DNA of 63,748 nt, filler included, from Licmophora abbreviata (Eukaryota), in NCBI GenBank assembly GCA_900291995.1. It is 11 parts of 11 records of this genome, joined end to end, with 100 filler letters (N's around TTAATTAATTAA, not from the genome) between each part and the next. Parts side by side here need not be neighbours in the genome. Positions count along the whole stretch, not along the records: positions 1 to 3,372 come from OLMU01000784.1; positions 3,473 to 6,288 come from OLMU01000785.1; positions 6,389 to 16,186 come from OLMU01000786.1; 8 more parts are not named here. One strand, given 5' to 3'. The notes under the pieces are model-generated. The model was not told where the DNA came from, ran no database searches, and saw nothing but the letters and a program-made list of their open reading frames with translations. Made by a program: the position numbers and the translations under genes. Positions 1 to 11,192 of the stretch are shown here, in pieces; position 1 is the first letter of the stretch, and every line of letters begins with the position of its first letter.

Positions 1-217
1 TCCGCATGGCTCGTTCCACAAACTCGTCAATAGACACCAATTTTTCATCTTTGGTGGAGGAAGAAGTAGAGGAACGATCCTCTTTAGTCGATCCCCGCGA
101 GTGCCGCTGCGACGACGACGACATGCTACTGTGATGACGACGTTTGGTGTTTCCGCGAAAGATACTGCCCAAGGTATGACTCTGGCGTTTCTTGTTTCGC
201 TCAAACTTGGCTAGCAT
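1..217 (-). CDS. 5' part of an unknown protein (runs off the window start)
   Basis: ATG at 217 opens a stop-free frame MLAKFERNKKRQSHTLGSIFRGNTKRRHHSSMSSSSQRHSRGSTKEDRSS... to position 1. It is not in the ORF track because it is truncated. Confidence 0.5.
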   Translation of the reverse strand, partial: MLAKFERNKKRQSHTLGSIFRGNTKRRHHSSMSSSSQRHSRGSTKEDRSSTSSSTKDEKLVSIDEFVERAMR

Positions 218-677
218 GGTACCTCCACAAAAAACCTTCAATCCGCTCTGCAATAGGGGCTGCTGCTAGCACTCGATAGTGAATCAGTGGCAACACCGCG
301 ACGCCATTATGATGGTGATGCAATGTGGTGGCCTCGCGTCTTGGTCGCGCGGCAACGACGACGCGACGCAATCTTGAAATCGTCGCGCGCCGACGGAGAT
401 TGACCTGATGTATGGTTGGCGACGGACAAAACCGATCTATCTACTGATGCTATCATACGAGTTAGTAGGTCGAATCGATGGGCTAGCAGCATGATGATTC
501 TTCAATGAAAAACATCAAAACAGTGCTATTGTATAGCCCCAGTGGAGCTGATGCTTTCTCTTATTCCATCTGTGTTCGCACCTGGACGAGTGTCGTCGGC
601 CCCCTACCTTCCATGTATCTATTACTGTCATACTTAAGAACATTTCACGTATATCTCCCTTGATCCCCAGCAAAGAA

Positions 678-1832
678 TCAAATGTATTCACCTTCAATAC
701 TTAGTCTCTCGTCACTTTCGATACTTAGTCTCTCGTCACTTTCGAAGAGACTCTCGTCAGTTGGAAACAGACTGGTCGGCCTTCCGGCTTCCAACAACAT
801 GCTGGTCGATTCGCCGAGGTCAATCGTCTCGAAAGGACCATCACCCAGTGCCTCTTCCAAGGCACGGTCTAGCGCCAGTTCTCCATCCAAGACAGAGGAT
901 GCAGTGGACCAGCTCTCCCCGCTTGTTCTCATATACTTCTTTGTCTTCCGCTTGCGATCATAGATATACAAGCCAACCAGACCAGCCACTAACACAAGTG
1001 TTGAAATGACAATGCCGGCAATCGCCCCACCTGATAGATCGTCGTTCGAGCTAGTCTGAGCGCCAACACCATTGCGAGGATCGCTGGCACCTTCATCCGT
1101 TGTAATTGCTTCAGAGGAAAGGTGGACTGGAAATAGTCGTACGATCTTGTGGTGAATCTCATGGATGTCTTGCTTTCCGAGATGTCGTTCAATAGCGCCC
1201 GGGACGTCCCGTTCCGCTCCCGACACTTCTACTGTCCCCTCGTGAATATTACAGACAGCCCTTGGAATCAGAGGGTTACACATCCCTAAAAGTAGCATGA
1301 TCGTAAAGACTCATGAGTGGTGACCACACGAATGCACTTCGAGAATCCAGTCACTTCAACACTTACCAACATTGGGATCGTCGCTCGGGTCGAAGCGAAA
1401 GCCAGAAATTCCTGACAAGGGAGCAGTTGTATCTTCCGTACAAATGGAGGGAAAGAAGCTGTTCAGTAGAATGGCCTGTACACTCTTGTCGACTGAAGAC
1501 AATACTTCACTGGATACCGCATCCGGAGCTGTCTCGAGTCCATACTGGTACTTTACAAGATATCTCGTTTCACCGGCCGCCATACCGAAGAATCCATTAT
1601 GATCGGGACTGCACTTCGACTCAAACCCTTCAGGCAAAGGATCATATGTATTGCTGGGATCGACATCGCGCCGAGGAATGTGGTTCGGATGTCGTGCAGC
1701 CATAGAGCTGCCGCTCTGAAGTTTTCGGTGCCGTGACGACGATAAGACCGTATGCTGCCCATCCCGAAACACTTCTCCAGAAACAGCAGTCATTATGGCA
1801 GCCCCTTTGGTCAGTCTTAAGCGTAACCTCAT
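678..1832 (-). CDS. Type-I membrane protein, paralog 1 (signal peptide, RKL motif, Cys-containing ectodomain, TM, basic tail); exons 1832-1367 and 1285-678
   Basis: A phase-1 GTAAGT...TTAG intron (1366-1286) joins ORFs 1356..1871 and 678..1298. TM helix 'GAIAGIVISTLVLVAGLVGLYIY' is followed by DRKRKTKK. The ectodomain is shared with the two neighbouring genes. Confidence 0.75.
696..744. repeat. 24-nt coding tandem duplication (ESDERLSI x2)
   Basis: atacttagtctctcgtcactttcg occurs twice back to back in the cytosolic tail of paralog 1. Confidence 0.85.
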
Positions 1833-2142
1833 GGCTCTATGCTGCCTTTGGGCTGCAATATGGTCAATCACCTCCCCTTAGCGAGTCTTGCAAAATTCCA
1901 ATTTGTGAACAAAATTTTGTGAGCTCAACGCATCGAAAATATCAGGACACTGCGTGTCGTAGGGATAATTGTCAATTATGTACTTTGAATTGTTTAGCCT
2001 AAAATTGTAGCCGTTGGCTAACTAATGGAGTGTACATTGTCCTACCTGCATAATTTAGGAAAGCATTCATTTTGAATCCAAAACTGGACGCTTTGCAACT
2101 TGAAACTGGCTCCACAATTTTCTTCGAAAGCCGGAGTTGACC

Positions 2143-3115
2143 ATGACATCCTTTCTGCTACGTAGTGCGCTCTTTGTGGTGTTTCTGTCGGACTTGGTCT
2201 CGTCCGAGGTAATCGCAACCCGAAAACTGCCTGGAAACTATCACACCAAGCCAGAAGCCGACAATGTTGAGAGCCCAGAGCCGTGCAAGTCGGGCAGTGA
2301 TGGTTTCTTCGGCGAGGAGGGTATCGAAAGGGTGCCAATAATGTTTGACTATGAGCTGGAGTACGATCCCAGCAAAGAAACGTCGACAATGATGACGGAC
2401 TTAGATAAAGCGATTCTGGATAAGATCTTGCCCCTGACGTTCGCGGAGAAATGCTCAATGCCTCTCGACACACGCCAAGAGCTACCCATCTCCGGAATCA
2501 GCGTCCTTCCGGAAGACACAGAGCTTGACGGATGTAAGTAACTTGTCTTTAATGCAGCGTCCGAAATGGCCGTACTGGGCTAGGCTAATACGTGCTCCTC
2601 TCTTGTTCTCCCTTGAAGACGACTGTCCTGTCTCCTTCGATACGTACACCTGCGATGTGATGGCAGGCGGTGTCACCCTGCACGCTTCGTACCCGGGCAG
2701 CGACTTGTCCGGACTGAAAAACACTATTCTAAGCTACATAGAGAAGAGCATGAATGAAAAAGACTTCGAAGATGCTCATGAGGCAATTATCCGCGTGTCG
2801 TGGGCAGAACTGACACCAATCGGGGTGGATGCAGATGGCGCGGACGGAACACCAGAGGTGCAAGCAGCCAGCAATGGCTTGTCTACGCCTGCCGTCGTGG
2901 CCATTGCGCTCAGTGGTATATTCATTGTGGGTGCTGCGGTGCTTTGGAGGCGCCGCAATCGCGACGATGACGACGACACGCAGACGCTCAAGACACGCGA
3001 CCACACCATCGAAGGCGCAACTGCTGGCCTGGAGACGCAGGAGGCGTCGCATACGATGGATTTTTCCACCATAGAAGGTGTGACGCCCGTGCCGACAGGC
3101 GGTGAAGTTCTCTAA
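2143..3115 (+). CDS. Type-I membrane protein, paralog 2; exons 2143-2533 and 2619-3115
   Basis: Signal peptide MTSFLLRSALFVVFLSDLVSS, then RKL. Domain 'C..GSDGFFG...FDYELE...ILP..F.EKC...ISGISVLPED'. Phase-1 GTAAGT...AAG intron. TM 'AVVAIALSGIFIVGAAVLW' followed by RRRNR. Confidence 0.8.
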
Positions 3116-3372
3116 GGATACCCTGTGATGAAGGATGCTTGCCTCTCATGCATGGCAGCGGACTTATGATCGAGTTAAAACATCATGATTTGCCCGTCAA
3201 TCCCCACGTAGATAATAATGAATAGCTTTTGCAATTAGATGGAAGTTCGACGTCCGAGAAAGTACAATATGGTTGTTCGTTGGTACTACATTAGTCTATG
3301 CGTGACATTAATAGGTGGATCGTCGTGAATTCGCGCTCAACACCCAAATCAGGTATCGCAGAATGGGAACTC

Positions 3373-3472
3373 NNNNNNNNNNNNNNNNNNNNNNNNNNNN
3401 NNNNNNNNNNNNNNNNTTAATTAATTAANNNNNNNNNNNNNNNNNNNNNNNNNNNNNNNNNNNNNNNNNNNN
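3373..3472. other. Artificial scaffold spacer (N44-TTAATTAATTAA-N44); same spacer at 6289, 16187, 20499, 30341, 46171, 50309, 51719, 61109 and 62614
   Basis: Identical 100-nt N-padded linker with stop codons in all six frames, present ten times. Confidence 0.98.
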
Positions 3473-3476
3473 AATA

Positions 3477-4866
3477 CTAGACAGCGGTAGTAGCCGGATC
3501 GGTCGTCGGGGTCTCTAGAGTAGAGCCATCGGCTGCATCCTTGTTGGCCTTGTTTCGCTTTCGCCAGGCGAATGCTAGGAATGCGATCAACAATGTTGCT
3601 ACGCCAGCAACAACGCCGTACAAGACGCGTCGGTCGTTTTCGTCGTCGCCAACTTCGGCTGGGGTCGAGTTTCCTCCAGGGTTCTCAGAATTTCCAACGC
3701 CGTCAATGTCTACATAACCGACTCGAAGAATATCGAGCTCAGCCGACTCAAAATCTCCGTTTACCATCGCAGTCTTGAGTCGCTCAATGACATCTCCTTT
3801 CGTATCTGCGGGTTCGATTCTGGTAGTGGCTATCGTCACGAAAACGGTGATGGATCCCTTGACGACAACGCATTCATTGCCTTCATCGTTCATTGTGGAT
3901 GAGTCGCATTCAACTTTATGAGAAGATAAGAAAAAAAGGGACGAAGCGAAATCGTGAGAATAAGGTCAATGCGTTGCTTCTTCCCGAAGCGACAAAAACG
4001 CCCACAAACATACCACCCGAAAAGACCGTGTCCGGAAGTTTTGTGCTCACTCCAACCACTTCAGAATTCGATGTATCTGTCAAAGCACCGCATTCATCGG
4101 CAAAGAGAAGTGGCAGGATCTCGTTGTTGAAAAGTCTTTCCAAGTCGGGAATAACCTCTGTGTCGGCGTCACGAAAGCCGGTCGTCTCGAGCTCGTAGGC
4201 GAAATCGACTGGAAGCTCAGTGACGCCATCTAATGGGCCTCCATCGCTTGTAATTCCGTACGATCCGTCATCGTTAGTAACACAAGCATCAGACGGCGCG
4301 GCTGTGATGGTTGGTGCCGGTGACATAGTTGGAGTACCAGTGACCGTTGGCGACGCAGTAAATGTCGGGGTAGGTGTGTGAGTCGGAGACAAGGAAGCGG
4401 AAGGCGCGGCAGTGATCGTTGGGGCCAGCGATGCAGTCGGAGTATCAGAGACGGTCGGCGAGGCGGAAAATGTCGGCGCAGATGTAATCGTCGGTGAAGA
4501 ACTCGTAGTCGGTGAAGGTGTGTGAGTGGGAGATGGGGAAGTAGAAGGCGCCTGTGAAGTCGTGGGTGCCACCGTCGGCGAGCCTGTTGAGGAGAGGGAA
4601 TGAACATCGGTTGGTGAAACTGAAGGTGATCCAGAATAGATCATGGACATGACTTCCTCGAAAAGCCCTTCGTCAAATGGGATGAGCGGCCAGAGCTTAC
4701 CCGTGGGAGTCGAAGACTTTGTAGGGGCGCTGGTTACGTTGTCGTCGCACGGCTTTTGCACGTACGGATGACCGGCACTGGAACCACAACTGGTTGCCGT
4801 GCACTGCGAGATGGTTGCCATACAGGCAAGGGAAAGGAAAAAAGTGTTCGGCACGATCAAACGCAT
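3477..4866 (-). CDS. Type-I membrane protein, paralog 3, with Pro/Thr/Ser-rich mucin-like stalk; exons 4866-4014 and 3913-3477
   Basis: Signal peptide, then repeated (S/T)PTx(T/S)xAP units, then the shared domain 'CVTNDDGSYG...VDFAYELE...ILPLLFADEC...VVGVSTKLPD'. Phase-1 GTATGT...AAG intron. TM 'VLYGVVAGVATLLIAFLAFAW' followed by RKRNK. Confidence 0.8.
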
Positions 4867-5233
4867 GATTATCTCTTTATCAGATGACAGGTTCTGTGGT
4901 CAAAGGAGGCAGCAATGAGCGACGCTACTTGTTTTCTGGCACAACGACACGAACGGCGCGAAACGGCAGTTTGTTCGTGGTTGCGTTTTGTGAGCGTCGA
5001 GTCGTCGCGTCGGCTCTCCCGTTTGGTCAGTACATTTTCACGTTGAATGATATTTTCGTGGGACTCGTCCATAAACAGTCATGAACGAATGCATCGCCAG
5101 CCAGAATAATTCGAGCTCCGAGCTCTTTGAAACTAAGGTCACAAAATGGACCGAAAGTCGAACATGATTTTGTGTTCTGTATTGTCTGTGGGTCATTCTT
5201 CGCGTGTCGCTTGAGCACAAACACGACAAAGTC

Positions 5234-6262
5234 ATGACATCGTCGCGGTCCAGCCTGCCCTCCTCTATGCATGCCTTGACCACGATGCCCAAGCCAATAC
5301 ACGCTATCGTTGTTGGCTGTGTTGTCGCCGTGGTCGTATTTATAGCTAGTCTTCCAGTGGCCGTCAGTGATGAACGAAGCAGTTTCGTAGGAGATTCGTC
5401 TATGAAGAGCCTGAAGGGTGACGATGAGTTCTATCCTCCATCAACGATTCTGTTTGGAATTTTCACAATGGATACTGAGAAGGAGCAGCACAAACGAGAG
5501 CTGATACGTGCCTCTTATCTAAGCTTTAAGGATGATCCACGGATATGTTCGTTGACAGCTTTTCTCGAGTTGACATCCAAAGATGCCAGGGCCGCCCAGG
5601 CGTGCCAACTGATATACACCTTCGTTATTGGTGGAAATCCAACTGGACCCACTGAACTTTTGGATAACTCCCTACCGATAGCAATGAATCCGGCTGCCAT
5701 GCCAAATGATGAGCCAGATATCACCTACCTCAACATTCGTGAAAACATGGAGGAGGGGAAATCACAAACTTGGTTAAAGTTTGCGACTAAAGTCATGGAC
5801 CTCTATCACATTGACTACGTTTCAAAGTGTGACTCCGACTCTCTCGTCTTTGTGCCTTCACTGTTTGAGTTCGCGAGACGGAATCTGCCACCGGCACCGT
5901 ACAACCAACGAATTTACGTTGGGAAAATGTACGATCTACAGTTGTGCGGGGGGCTCGATAAGCCGCACTGCATCGCAATGAAAGGACGCGGTTACATGGT
6001 GGGACAGCTATATATACTGTCTGCTGATTTGGCTTACTATGTAACTTCTGACCAGGTCGATCGACAAGCTCTGGCGGTTGGATACGAAGACTACGACATG
6101 GGAAGATTCATTCTTTCCAACCCACACCCAATAAAAATGATACCCCTCCTGGGACACCAGAAGTTCTGGAGGCATCCGCTAAAAAGTGATGATGAGTGGA
6201 TGAGCTTTTGGAAGAAGTATCTGCATCGGTCTGATCAAGGCCAGGCGCGATTTGAACAATAA
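5234..6262 (+). CDS. GT31-like (beta-1,3-galactosyltransferase-type) glycosyltransferase, copy 1
   Basis: N-terminal TM anchor; motifs 'RELIRASY', 'ENMEEGKS', DxD in 'SKCDSDS', 'YMVGQLYILSADL', 'EDYDMG'. Start codon uncertain. Confidence 0.75.
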   Translation: MTSSRSSLPSSMHALTTMPKPIHAIVVGCVVAVVVFIASLPVAVSDERSSFVGDSSMKSLKGDDEFYPPSTILFGIFTMDTEKEQHKRELIRASYLSFKDDPRICSLTAFLELTSKDARAAQACQLIYTFVIGGNPTGPTELLDNSLPIAMNPAAMPNDEPDITYLNIRENMEEGKSQTWLKFATKVMDLYHIDYVSKCDSDSLVFVPSLFEFARRNLPPAPYNQRIYVGKMYDLQLCGGLDKPHCIAMKGRGYMVGQLYILSADLAYYVTSDQVDRQALAVGYEDYDMGRFILSNPHPIKMIPLLGHQKFWRHPLKSDDEWMSFWKKYLHRSDQGQARFEQ

Positions 6263-6802
6263 TGGATCTCTCCTTTTCCGTCTACAACNNNNNNNNNNNN
6301 NNNNNNNNNNNNNNNNNNNNNNNNNNNNNNNNTTAATTAATTAANNNNNNNNNNNNNNNNNNNNNNNNNNNNNNNNNNNNNNNNNNNNGAACAATAATGG
6401 ATCTCTCCTTTTCCGTCTACAACGACTTTAGGCTCATCTCGAGTCGAGTCCCTTGAACTTTGGCTCTGAGAATACGAAAGTTGACCAAGACAGGAGAAGC
6501 ACTCACCTGATAACCAAGTCGGCGGATCTGCTGAATCTTTTCATAATTTAAGTGATTGATTACAGTTGATTGCGAGTAGAATATCTTTCATCCTAACTCA
6601 AAGTGCAGTAGATCAGGGTGAGCGTGGTCATCGGGTCATTGTGTCATTTGGGCCCAATCAACTCAAATTTATGCTCACAATTTGCGAGTCTGGAAACCGA
6701 TACTATCATGTCATGCAAGTCTCGTCATGCTTTGCTGATGGCGACGAATTGTCTCGTATGTACTTGCCGCCATTTTACTTTAGATAAAGTTGGTCCCCAA
6801 TC

Positions 6803-7792
6803 ATGTTGAAGGCCACAGCTGTGAAGACAGGGATTGTGACACTGTTGGTAGTGTTGATCACGAACTTTTGTATGACACGTCGACTCGCATCTTTGACGAC
6901 CAGCTCAATATCAGACCCGACGGATCAGCGTACTGAGCGAAAACTGCACGTAGTGAAAGCTTCAAAAGCACGTGTCCTTTGGGGAATCTTCAGCTTGGAT
7001 ACAGAATGGGAATATGAGCGACGAAGCACTATTCGTCGGACCTACCTTGGTCAGAAGAGCGATACACGAATTTGTTCCTTGTCAAATTTCATGAGCCGCG
7101 TAAGAACCGATAGCCTGGAGAGTCTTGAAGACGACTGCCAGCTTGTCTACACGTTTGTCGTGGGAGGAAACCCGAATGGATCTACCGAGCTTCTTGATAC
7201 GTCAAGACCAATGACGGTCGAGCTCGCTCCATCGACCAACCGAGAGAACGATATGACGCGCCTAAATATCAACGAGAATATGAATGGTGGAAAGAGCCAG
7301 ACCTGGTTCAAGCATGCTTCGATACTGGCAGAGAAATACAACTTTGATTTTATCGCCAAGTGCGATTCAGATACTGTGGTTCTCCCGGAGCGCTACTTTC
7401 AATTTGCCGAGGAGAACCTGCCGCCAGCGCCACGCAACAAAAGGATGTATGTCGGTCGTATGAACGACGCTGTCCTCTGCGGGGGATACAACGTGCAAGA
7501 ACCACACTGCATAGCACTCGTTGGGAAGTACTACATGGTCGGCCATGTGTATCTCTTGTCGTCAGACTTGGCTGAATTCATTGTCTCAGAACATGTCGAT
7601 CGAAAGAGTTTGTCGGTCGGCCACGAGGACTACGACATTGGAATGATGGTTCTCTCCCACCCGAGTGCGATTCATGCTGTAACATTGCGCAGCTCACAAC
7701 TCTTCTGGAGACATCCAGCGAAAGAAAACGACAAGTTCGAAAGATTGTGGGAAAAGTATATACAAACTGAAAATAGGTTCAATATTGAGTGA
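6803..7792 (+). CDS. GT31-like glycosyltransferase, copy 2 (tandem paralog)
   Basis: TM anchor; motifs 'RRSTIRRTY', 'ENMNGGKS', 'AKCDSDT', 'YMVGHVYLLSSDL', 'EDYDIG'. Collinear with copy 1. Confidence 0.75.
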   Translation: MLKATAVKTGIVTLLVVLITNFCMTRRLASLTTSSISDPTDQRTERKLHVVKASKARVLWGIFSLDTEWEYERRSTIRRTYLGQKSDTRICSLSNFMSRVRTDSLESLEDDCQLVYTFVVGGNPNGSTELLDTSRPMTVELAPSTNRENDMTRLNINENMNGGKSQTWFKHASILAEKYNFDFIAKCDSDTVVLPERYFQFAEENLPPAPRNKRMYVGRMNDAVLCGGYNVQEPHCIALVGKYYMVGHVYLLSSDLAEFIVSEHVDRKSLSVGHEDYDIGMMVLSHPSAIHAVTLRSSQLFWRHPAKENDKFERLWEKYIQTENRFNIE

Positions 7793-7893
7793 ATGTCCTA
7801 TGACAGAAACTGTGCCTATGTTTCTTAAAGCTAGCTCTACGAGGTTATAATTGCCTCTGTCCCATGAAGCCCCCAAACAATTACCACTATTCA

Positions 7894-9447
7894 TCACATG
7901 GCATCTAGCTGTAGTATCTCCGCTTGATGCTGATAGCTTCGTATCACCCATGCACGGAGCAAGGCGGCGTCCCCTAAAATGATGACTGCCCACATCCCCA
8001 GGCACGTCAACACCGTAAGACCAGCCAGAATTACAAACGCCCTGTTCTCCGATACCCGAAACCTCTGCTGCGCCGCTCTTATAGCCTTGTTTCCGAGCGG
8101 CGCCAATGCCAGTGCAAACTTAATGCGCCACAGTTGCGTTATTCGTGCGCCGATAAACGCTGAGAACAGAACTTTTCCGAATCTTCGAAACGCTGTTCCC
8201 AAGGCGCCTCGACTGATCGCTACGGTAGACGACTCTCGACGCCACTGATAAATAATGGCAAACGTGTACCATGCAAAGCTCAAAGCCACATACGTCACCA
8301 ACCCAGCACGCCCAGCTTGTTTCAGTAAGGCGGACTGCCTGCTCACGGCTCGTTTGAACCGTTTGAAAATTCTATTCCGTCGAGGAAAGACTAGGAGAGC
8401 ATCCCGGAACACATTTCTCGCTAGCTCTGTTTCGTCCCCTCGAGAGAGCTCCTCGTCCATGGTGGCGAGGAACTCTTGGCGGCTGAGGAGTCGGCGCGGC
8501 GGCGCAGCCGTGTAGGCCGCCTCGGCCACAGCCTGTTCTGCAATGCGGGATGCGCGCCTTCGCGACATCATCCAGGCACGAGGAATCGGAGCATACTTTT
8601 CCGTCGAACTTGGACTATGTTTGCGATTCAATCGTACTGCCAGCCCCTTGTTGAATCGAACGTCCTTCCAACCGCCCTTGGCGAAGGCATCTCGACACGT
8701 TGCAAACTCTGATTTTCCCGGCGATTCTTCATTTGTGAACAATAAGAGGAGTGCAAGATCACGAGGGAGGCGATGAAGCGCTGCAAAAGAGAGAATTCTT
8801 GCGACATCCCCGTCCGCATCTTTTCCAGTAGCCGACACGTCAAAGGTCTTCGCCTCTCCTATCTCTACAGGGACATCGTAGGATTGATACTCTTCGTCCA
8901 TCACCTTGAGCACTTCTTCCACATGTACTGTTGACTCACTTCCCGTGACATACTGCTCAGTGACTCTTTTCAGCAAGGCTCGCGTCTTGGGCGGCAGTGC
9001 CATTCCACCCGACGGCAGGTACGACAGCCCGGTATCATCGTCGTCGTCGTCATCCAGATACTTTCTTGCAGAAATGAGTAGTTTGACCCACTTGGCAACG
9101 ATGATGAAAAGAGTGCCCGTCGTTGACGACGAGCAGATTGCCAATCGTGATCTTGAAAGATCGGTGCTAGGAAGGACTGTGTGGCCAGCATGTTTGCGGG
9201 TGCAAGTGAACCTCCGCTGATGCCGCCTCCAAACTGATAGGACGATTCTGCCATAAGGGGAACTGATGATGACCGCCTTGACGAGATTACGAATCCAGAT
9301 GACAATGGTGTACTGGTCTGAAAGGCCTCGGAGACATGAGCTCCAATGACTACCGATCCAAGAATCTGTCCTTGGCATGGAATCCTCATTGTCGCTGAAT
9401 GAATCGGATGATGGATTCGTATCTTTCTCCAAGGTTTCGGTCTTCAC
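7894..9447 (-). CDS. Membrane protein with a central HopJ-like domain and a C-terminal DUF1279/FAM210-like TM domain
   Basis: 517-aa ORF. 'VMDEEYQSYDVP...ARILSFAALHRL...AFAKGGWKDVRF' resembles HopJ. 'LLKQAGRAGLVTYVAL...RIKFALALAP' resembles DUF1279. Start uncertain. Confidence 0.5.
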   Translation of the reverse strand: MKTETLEKDTNPSSDSFSDNEDSMPRTDSWIGSHWSSCLRGLSDQYTIVIWIRNLVKAVIISSPYGRIVLSVWRRHQRRFTCTRKHAGHTVLPSTDLSRSRLAICSSSTTGTLFIIVAKWVKLLISARKYLDDDDDDDTGLSYLPSGGMALPPKTRALLKRVTEQYVTGSESTVHVEEVLKVMDEEYQSYDVPVEIGEAKTFDVSATGKDADGDVARILSFAALHRLPRDLALLLLFTNEESPGKSEFATCRDAFAKGGWKDVRFNKGLAVRLNRKHSPSSTEKYAPIPRAWMMSRRRASRIAEQAVAEAAYTAAPPRRLLSRQEFLATMDEELSRGDETELARNVFRDALLVFPRRNRIFKRFKRAVSRQSALLKQAGRAGLVTYVALSFAWYTFAIIYQWRRESSTVAISRGALGTAFRRFGKVLFSAFIGARITQLWRIKFALALAPLGNKAIRAAQQRFRVSENRAFVILAGLTVLTCLGMWAVIILGDAALLRAWVIRSYQHQAEILQLDAM

Positions 9448-9938
9448 CGCCGTCTGAACTTTTACTGCAACGAAATGAAAGCCGTATGTTCCGCTTCCAC
9501 CGCGTTATAAAAGAGAGGTTTCTTCTTTGGTTCTTGGAAGACAGGTCGCCGCTCCATAGCGAATGAAGGCGGGAAAGCGAGGTGTCACGATGCAGGGCGT
9601 CAGCCATGGGTCGACGTCGCGAAACAAAGTGATGGGCTCTTGATTTTTTTCGAAATAGGGCCTGAGTCAGTCAGGCCAATGTGGGTCACCGCGTGGAGTT
9701 CTACTTTATCTCAGTACGAAGCCGTACAGAAAATTTTCAGACATCACTCCGAATGTGCGCGCGCCATCAACAGCAACAACTTGTCCGAAAAAGCGCGCGC
9801 CCAAGTTTGAGATTCCAAATTCCAAATCTTTTCTCAAGGATCTTCGTCACACTCGACCTGCACCCGACACAAACCAATGTGAAATCAACGATCGTCGCCC
9901 CCGTCGCCTCTGTTGCCGTCTTCTCTTCATATTTCTTC

Positions 9939-11192
9939 ATGAAAACGTCTTGGGTCATGTCCGCGGCGGCTCTTGGTAGTAAAAGCCCGGTAGTGATTGT
10001 CGGCTTAAATTCAGCGCTCCAGAAGCGTTTCTGTCTCAACCCTTCAGACACACTGATTCCCGGCAACGTCCATCGTGCCAGCGAGATTCAGACCGGCGTC
10101 GGTGGCAAGGGACAAGATGTAGCCATCGCGTTGTCCTGCTTGGCTTATCAGGGCTGTCTACAGTTGGCGCAGTTTGTAGGGAGTGGGCCGGAAGGAGACG
10201 CTGTTACCGACCTACTGAGGGAGCGGTTTGACTCGACAGGGGCGATGCGCAGTGAAGACGTGTTGTCGCTGACCGTACGACCCAAGAGTCACATGCGTAC
10301 CTGTACTACCATTGTCGCTTCCGATGTCTCGACCGAATTAGTGGAACCTAGTGGAATGATTGAAAAGGATGAAATGGACGAACTACTAGCGAAACTTGGC
10401 GAGGGAGACAGGGCGGCTGGACTCTGTATCATGGGCAGCATGCCACCTGGCTGTCCGGAAGATACGTATGCGAACATCTATACACAGACTCATGGCTCAG
10501 AGACGCTGTGTCTGATTGATTCTGTTGTAGGTCTCAATACACTGCTGCAAGCGATTGCCAGCAGTGAAGAACGAGGACCGACACTTCTCAAGCTGAACGC
10601 TGCAGAGCTCTGTCGACTCGCCGGCGTCGAAACCAACAGCAGCTCAGAAACAGATGGGATCGATCCACCCGCTTTGATCGACGGTATCTCAGGTTTGCTT
10701 CGTAAGTTTTCTCCCTACGCAGCCGTAGCATTGCATGGAATTGCGGTCACGGACGGCAAGCATCCGGCACATTTCGTCTATTTGGATGGAAACGACGATT
10801 TTCGCATCTTTCAAGTTCCAGTACCCACGCTGGACTCCACGAAAATTTTGTATCCCATTGGCGCCGGGGACACTGTCGCTGCCGGAACACTGTCCGCTTG
10901 GAAGTCTCTGGTCGGTCAGCAAGAAGGTGGTAGCCCTGCTTCACCCTGTCTCGACGACAAGATACAATTAGCGCTGAAACAGAACATCGAACTTGTTCAG
11001 TCTTTGAGTTCCGACGATCTCGCTCTGAAGGCCTATCAAATGGTCTCATCCTTTGCCTTTGGACTTGCCTGTGGCTCGGCGAGCTGCCTCGAAGAACAAA
11101 ATTCAATCTTTCAAGTCGACGACGCCCTGGACCTCTATCGCGAAATGACGCCACCGATGTCTCTGATGGCGGTCCCTCTCGATGCTGTCTAA
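9939..11192 (+). CDS. PfkB-family carbohydrate kinase (FruK/LacC-like)
   Basis: Motifs 'GGKGQDVA', 'RTCTTI', 'GSMPPG', 'KLNAAEL' and the anion-hole signature 'PIGAGDTVAAG'. Start uncertain (ORF is open from 9681). Confidence 0.85.
   Translation: MKTSWVMSAAALGSKSPVVIVGLNSALQKRFCLNPSDTLIPGNVHRASEIQTGVGGKGQDVAIALSCLAYQGCLQLAQFVGSGPEGDAVTDLLRERFDSTGAMRSEDVLSLTVRPKSHMRTCTTIVASDVSTELVEPSGMIEKDEMDELLAKLGEGDRAAGLCIMGSMPPGCPEDTYANIYTQTHGSETLCLIDSVVGLNTLLQAIASSEERGPTLLKLNAAELCRLAGVETNSSSETDGIDPPALIDGISGLLRKFSPYAAVALHGIAVTDGKHPAHFVYLDGNDDFRIFQVPVPTLDSTKILYPIGAGDTVAAGTLSAWKSLVGQQEGGSPASPCLDDKIQLALKQNIELVQSLSSDDLALKAYQMVSSFAFGLACGSASCLEEQNSIFQVDDALDLYREMTPPMSLMAVPLDAV

Noticed and set aside
6254..6423. 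35-nt direct repeat flanking the gap, and a similar ~20-nt repeat around gap 20499-20598 (possible target-site duplication)
   Set aside because: These are unmerged contig-end overlaps, not biological repeats. They only show that the contigs are adjacent.
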